A DNA stretch of 58,230 nt, from positions 1 through 58,230 of the forward strand of contig JAGOSP010000005.1 of the NCBI GenBank assembly GCA_018062205.1, in the 5' to 3' direction. The stretch comes from Candidatus Moraniibacteriota bacterium. GTDB lineage: Bacteria; Patescibacteriota; Minisyncoccia; Moranbacterales; UBA1568. The notes beneath the pieces were generated by a model, which was not told where the DNA came from, did not search any database, and saw only the letters and a list, made by a program, of their open reading frames with translations. Both the position numbers and the translations under genes were made by a program. This document shows positions 55,971 through 58,230 of the stretch, piece after piece. How positions within the stretch are numbered: position 1 is the stretch's first letter; the number at the start of each line of letters is the position of its first letter.

Positions 55971-56531
55971 TTACGGTTCTCTCATTCGATATAATTTACA
56001 AGTATGTGCTGGAACATACGAAAGTCTCTCCCCGTTGGAATCGTGCGCTATTTGTGTTTTATTCACTCTCCTTTCTGTGAATTGAAGACGAGACAGAACA
56101 GCTCCGGTTGCAATATCTAACTCATACAATCGTCCATCATTACTCCCAATAAAAAGACTCTCCTTATCTACTGCTGGATTCGCAAAAATACGTCCGGATG
56201 TCTCGAAAGCCCATTCCTTCTTTCGAAGAAAGAGATGAAAACAATAGACTTTCTTGTCAAGCGAACCCATGAGTACACGGTTACAGATAATAACTGGCGT
56301 TGAATATATCCCAAAACGTGCCTGAAACACCTGTTCTAATGTTTTTGTTTGTATTCGCAAGACATAGATACCTCCATCCATACTTCCAAAAACAACCCTC
56401 CCGCCACCCTCATCTATAGCTACCCCATATTTTATAGCACCTTTAGTTCGAAATTTCCATATAATAGTTCCTGTTTCTGCGTGGAATGCATACAAGAATC
56501 CATCATCACACCCGCATATCACCAGACCCAA
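55971..56531 (-). pseudogene. 5'-truncated paralog of the PRT/beta-propeller gene (propeller C-terminal about 186 aa only)
   Basis: Aligns with the last roughly 186 residues of 51764-53419 (CGCDD..YAF, FGSMDGG.YVL, FIGSNDGRLYELD). No PRT domain and no upstream continuation. Confidence 0.55.
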
Positions 56532-56598
56532 TCTATAATATTGATAACCATATCTATATGGGTTATATTACAATTATATCATTCTTTTTCTTAATAAA

Positions 56599-57354
56599 AT
56601 GATTCATTGTTTTCAAAAAATCTCTTTTTTTCGATTCATACAAAAAATCACTCTTGTAATCATATTCATTTTCATTTTAATACTCTTTTTCTATCCTTTC
56701 CTTTCTCTCGCTCTTGGAAATATCTTTTTCGGTGGCATCAGCCAAGTATACAATGTACGACTTGCGCAATTACTCTTCAAGCATGCTGCGTATCCAATTC
56801 TCCCAGTACAATCTCCGAACTACGCTCATTACCAGTTATCCCGCACCTATTTCATCCAAGGAAAACTCAGTGACACACTTGAAGAAGCGCATGAGGAACT
56901 TCGGATATATCCGAATAATACAAAGGCTTACTACATACTTGGTCTTACTCACGGCTATATGAACCAAACGTATGAGGCAATTGATGCCTTCTCTCTCTAT
57001 ATTGAAGCAAATCCACAAACATGGGCTGGGAGAAATGATAAAGCTTGGCTTCAATTTCGTATTGGTGATGTAGATGGAGCACTCGAAACGATACAACCAA
57101 TTATCAAGCAGTATCCAAAAACTCCTTGGGTACAAAATACGTACTGCGCTTTACTCATTAATAAACCAGACCGTCACGAAGAAGCGCTGACTGTCTGCAC
57201 CCTCGCAAAAGATCTCGCTGACAAAATGACCCCCCAAGACTGGGGTCATGCATATCCAGGAAACGATCCTCGTATATATGGAGAGGGACTCCAAGCAATG
57301 AAAGATTCTGCTACGCAAAATTTACGTATCATCAACGAAAAAAACCTTAATTAA
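56599..57354 (+). CDS. Membrane-anchored TPR-like repeat protein (251 aa)
   Basis: N-terminal TM segment (ITLVIIFIFILILFFYPFLSLAL). Helical repeats with a TPR-like pattern (AYYILGLTHGYMNQTYEAIDAF...). Confidence 0.6.
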   Translation: MIHCFQKISFFRFIQKITLVIIFIFILILFFYPFLSLALGNIFFGGISQVYNVRLAQLLFKHAAYPILPVQSPNYAHYQLSRTYFIQGKLSDTLEEAHEELRIYPNNTKAYYILGLTHGYMNQTYEAIDAFSLYIEANPQTWAGRNDKAWLQFRIGDVDGALETIQPIIKQYPKTPWVQNTYCALLINKPDRHEEALTVCTLAKDLADKMTPQDWGHAYPGNDPRIYGEGLQAMKDSATQNLRIINEKNLN

Positions 57355-57418
57355 ATATTTTTGCTACTTAAAAAATCTATGCTATACTGAATTTGATTTT
57401 TAAAAAGAAAAATAAGCT

Positions 57419-58230
57419 ATGAAATTAAATATGGTTTCTCTTGGAGATTTTATTCGGAAAGATTCCTTTCGAAAATATTTTGTTTCATTTGGATTGTTCA
57501 TTTTTTTATTTCTTCTTTTCCCTGTCATATTTTTTGTCACGAAGGGAACAACTCCTCTCTCATCTGAACTTACCTACAACGAATATTCTCCCGGTGGAGA
57601 ATCAGCAGGATCTGTTATTCCCGCAAGCTGTGATAGTCGGTATTGGAGTGAGATGTACGTTGCCCCGGAAACCGGCGCTTGGACACCATCAGGGAGTCAC
57701 TTCCCGGGAGATTGCTTAACAATGTGCCCAGGGAGACCATTTTTCAGTTATGATCCCTATTTCGATCCAACTGCATCTGCTTGCTGTGTATCTACTGTTG
57801 GTTGGGGCTGCTCATCAACAGCGAATGCTTGCGGATCAATAGGTGCAGGAACTATCAGTTGCGCAGGAGACTGCAATGCGGTTACCCCTGCTCTGCCAGC
57901 TGGATATGGCTGGGGTTGCGCAGGACCAGCAAACTCTTGCGGATGGGCTAATACTGGAACCATAGGTTGCGCTGGTTGCAGCGCTCCTGCTATGGCTGAT
58001 CCCTGGTATCTTGGAGTTAGTTGCACCATGACGAATGCCTGTGGGGCCTCTAATGTAGGAACATACCCCTGTTCTGGTATCTGCAACGTGAGCGCTCCAG
58101 CTATGCCAGCTGGATATGGCTGGGGTTGCGCAGGACCAGCAAACTCTTGCGGATGGGCTAATACTGGAACCATAGGTTGCGCTGGTTGCAGCGCTCCTGC
58201 TATGGCTGATCCCTGGTATCTTGGAGTTAG
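57419..58230 (+). CDS. Membrane-anchored Cys/Gly-rich repeat protein (open-ended, runs off the window)
   Basis: Not in the ORF track because no stop codon lies in the window. The frame from the ATG at 57419 is open to the window end. It starts with a TM segment (FVSFGLFIFLFLLFPVIFFV), followed by repeated 4-Cys modules such as GYGWGCAGPANSCGWANTGTIGCAGCSAP. Confidence 0.7.
   Translation, partial: MKLNMVSLGDFIRKDSFRKYFVSFGLFIFLFLLFPVIFFVTKGTTPLSSELTYNEYSPGGESAGSVIPASCDSRYWSEMYVAPETGAWTPSGSHFPGDCLTMCPGRPFFSYDPYFDPTASACCVSTVGWGCSSTANACGSIGAGTISCAGDCNAVTPALPAGYGWGCAGPANSCGWANTGTIGCAGCSAPAMADPWYLGVSCTMTNACGASNVGTYPCSGICNVSAPAMPAGYGWGCAGPANSCGWANTGTIGCAGCSAPAMADPWYLGV
57896..58230 (+). repeat. Tandem 210-bp (70-codon) repeat, copies identical over at least 125 bp
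   Basis: 57896-58020 is identical base for base to 58106-58230. The window ends inside the second copy. Confidence 0.9.

Noticed and set aside
57757-58173. 138-aa minus-strand ORF rich in Pro, Gln and Ala.
   Set aside because: It is the antisense shadow of the open-ended plus-strand Cys-rich repeat gene, which has a start codon, a TM anchor and a regular 4-Cys module pattern.

Overview
The window looks like a chromosomal segment from a small-genome, CPR/Patescibacteria-like bacterium using the standard genetic code. TGA and TAG both act as stops, and all conserved genes are intact under code 11. From left to right it contains:

- 1-527: the 5' part of a 16S rRNA gene (minus strand) with a divergent 515F site.
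- 0.9-6.1 kb: envelope and hypothetical genes, plus an orphan G+C-rich gene behind a consensus promoter.
- 6.1-12.3 kb: the distal ribosomal-protein/alpha-operon block (infA, rpmJ, rpsM, rpsK, rpsD, rpoA, rplQ, rplM, rpsI), preceded by uppS and a polyprenyl synthase. The RpoA is short and lacks a C-terminal domain.
- About 13.7-16.9 kb: a visibly G+C-richer block of orphan genes that abuts tRNA-Glu.
- 16.9-18.4 kb: tRNA-Glu, a GIY-YIG gene with an in-frame TAG, tRNA-Trp, rpmG, and a frameshifted PPC/DUF296 gene.
- 18.4-30.8 kb: NUDIX hydrolase, secA, engB, hpf, a reduced dcw-type block (murB, murC, murG, ftsW), trmD, and a SpoT-type HD hydrolase.
- 30.8-39.2 kb: a glycan biosynthesis cluster.
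- 41.2-44.2 kb: rhodanese, trpS, and a sodium:solute symporter.
- 44.3 kb to the window end: an A+T-richer accessory region.

The accessory region is the most interesting part. It holds a co-directional cassette encoding a phosphoribosyltransferase fused to a PQQ-like beta-propeller, a SagB-type dehydrogenase, a YcaO protein, and a 64-aa peptide with its own near-consensus promoter. No E1/ThiF-like or TfuA partner is visible. Around the cassette are a PP-loop ATPase, a membrane protein with a decayed tandem paralog, and a diverged partial second copy of the propeller plus SagB module. That second copy lies on the far side of an IS remnant and a G+C-rich lipoprotein gene. A TPR protein and an open-ended Cys-rich protein with perfect 210-bp tandem repeats follow.

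I propose this cassette as a candidate uncharacterised RiPP-like or peptide-modification system. All functional calls rest on motif recognition by eye, and no database searches were run.
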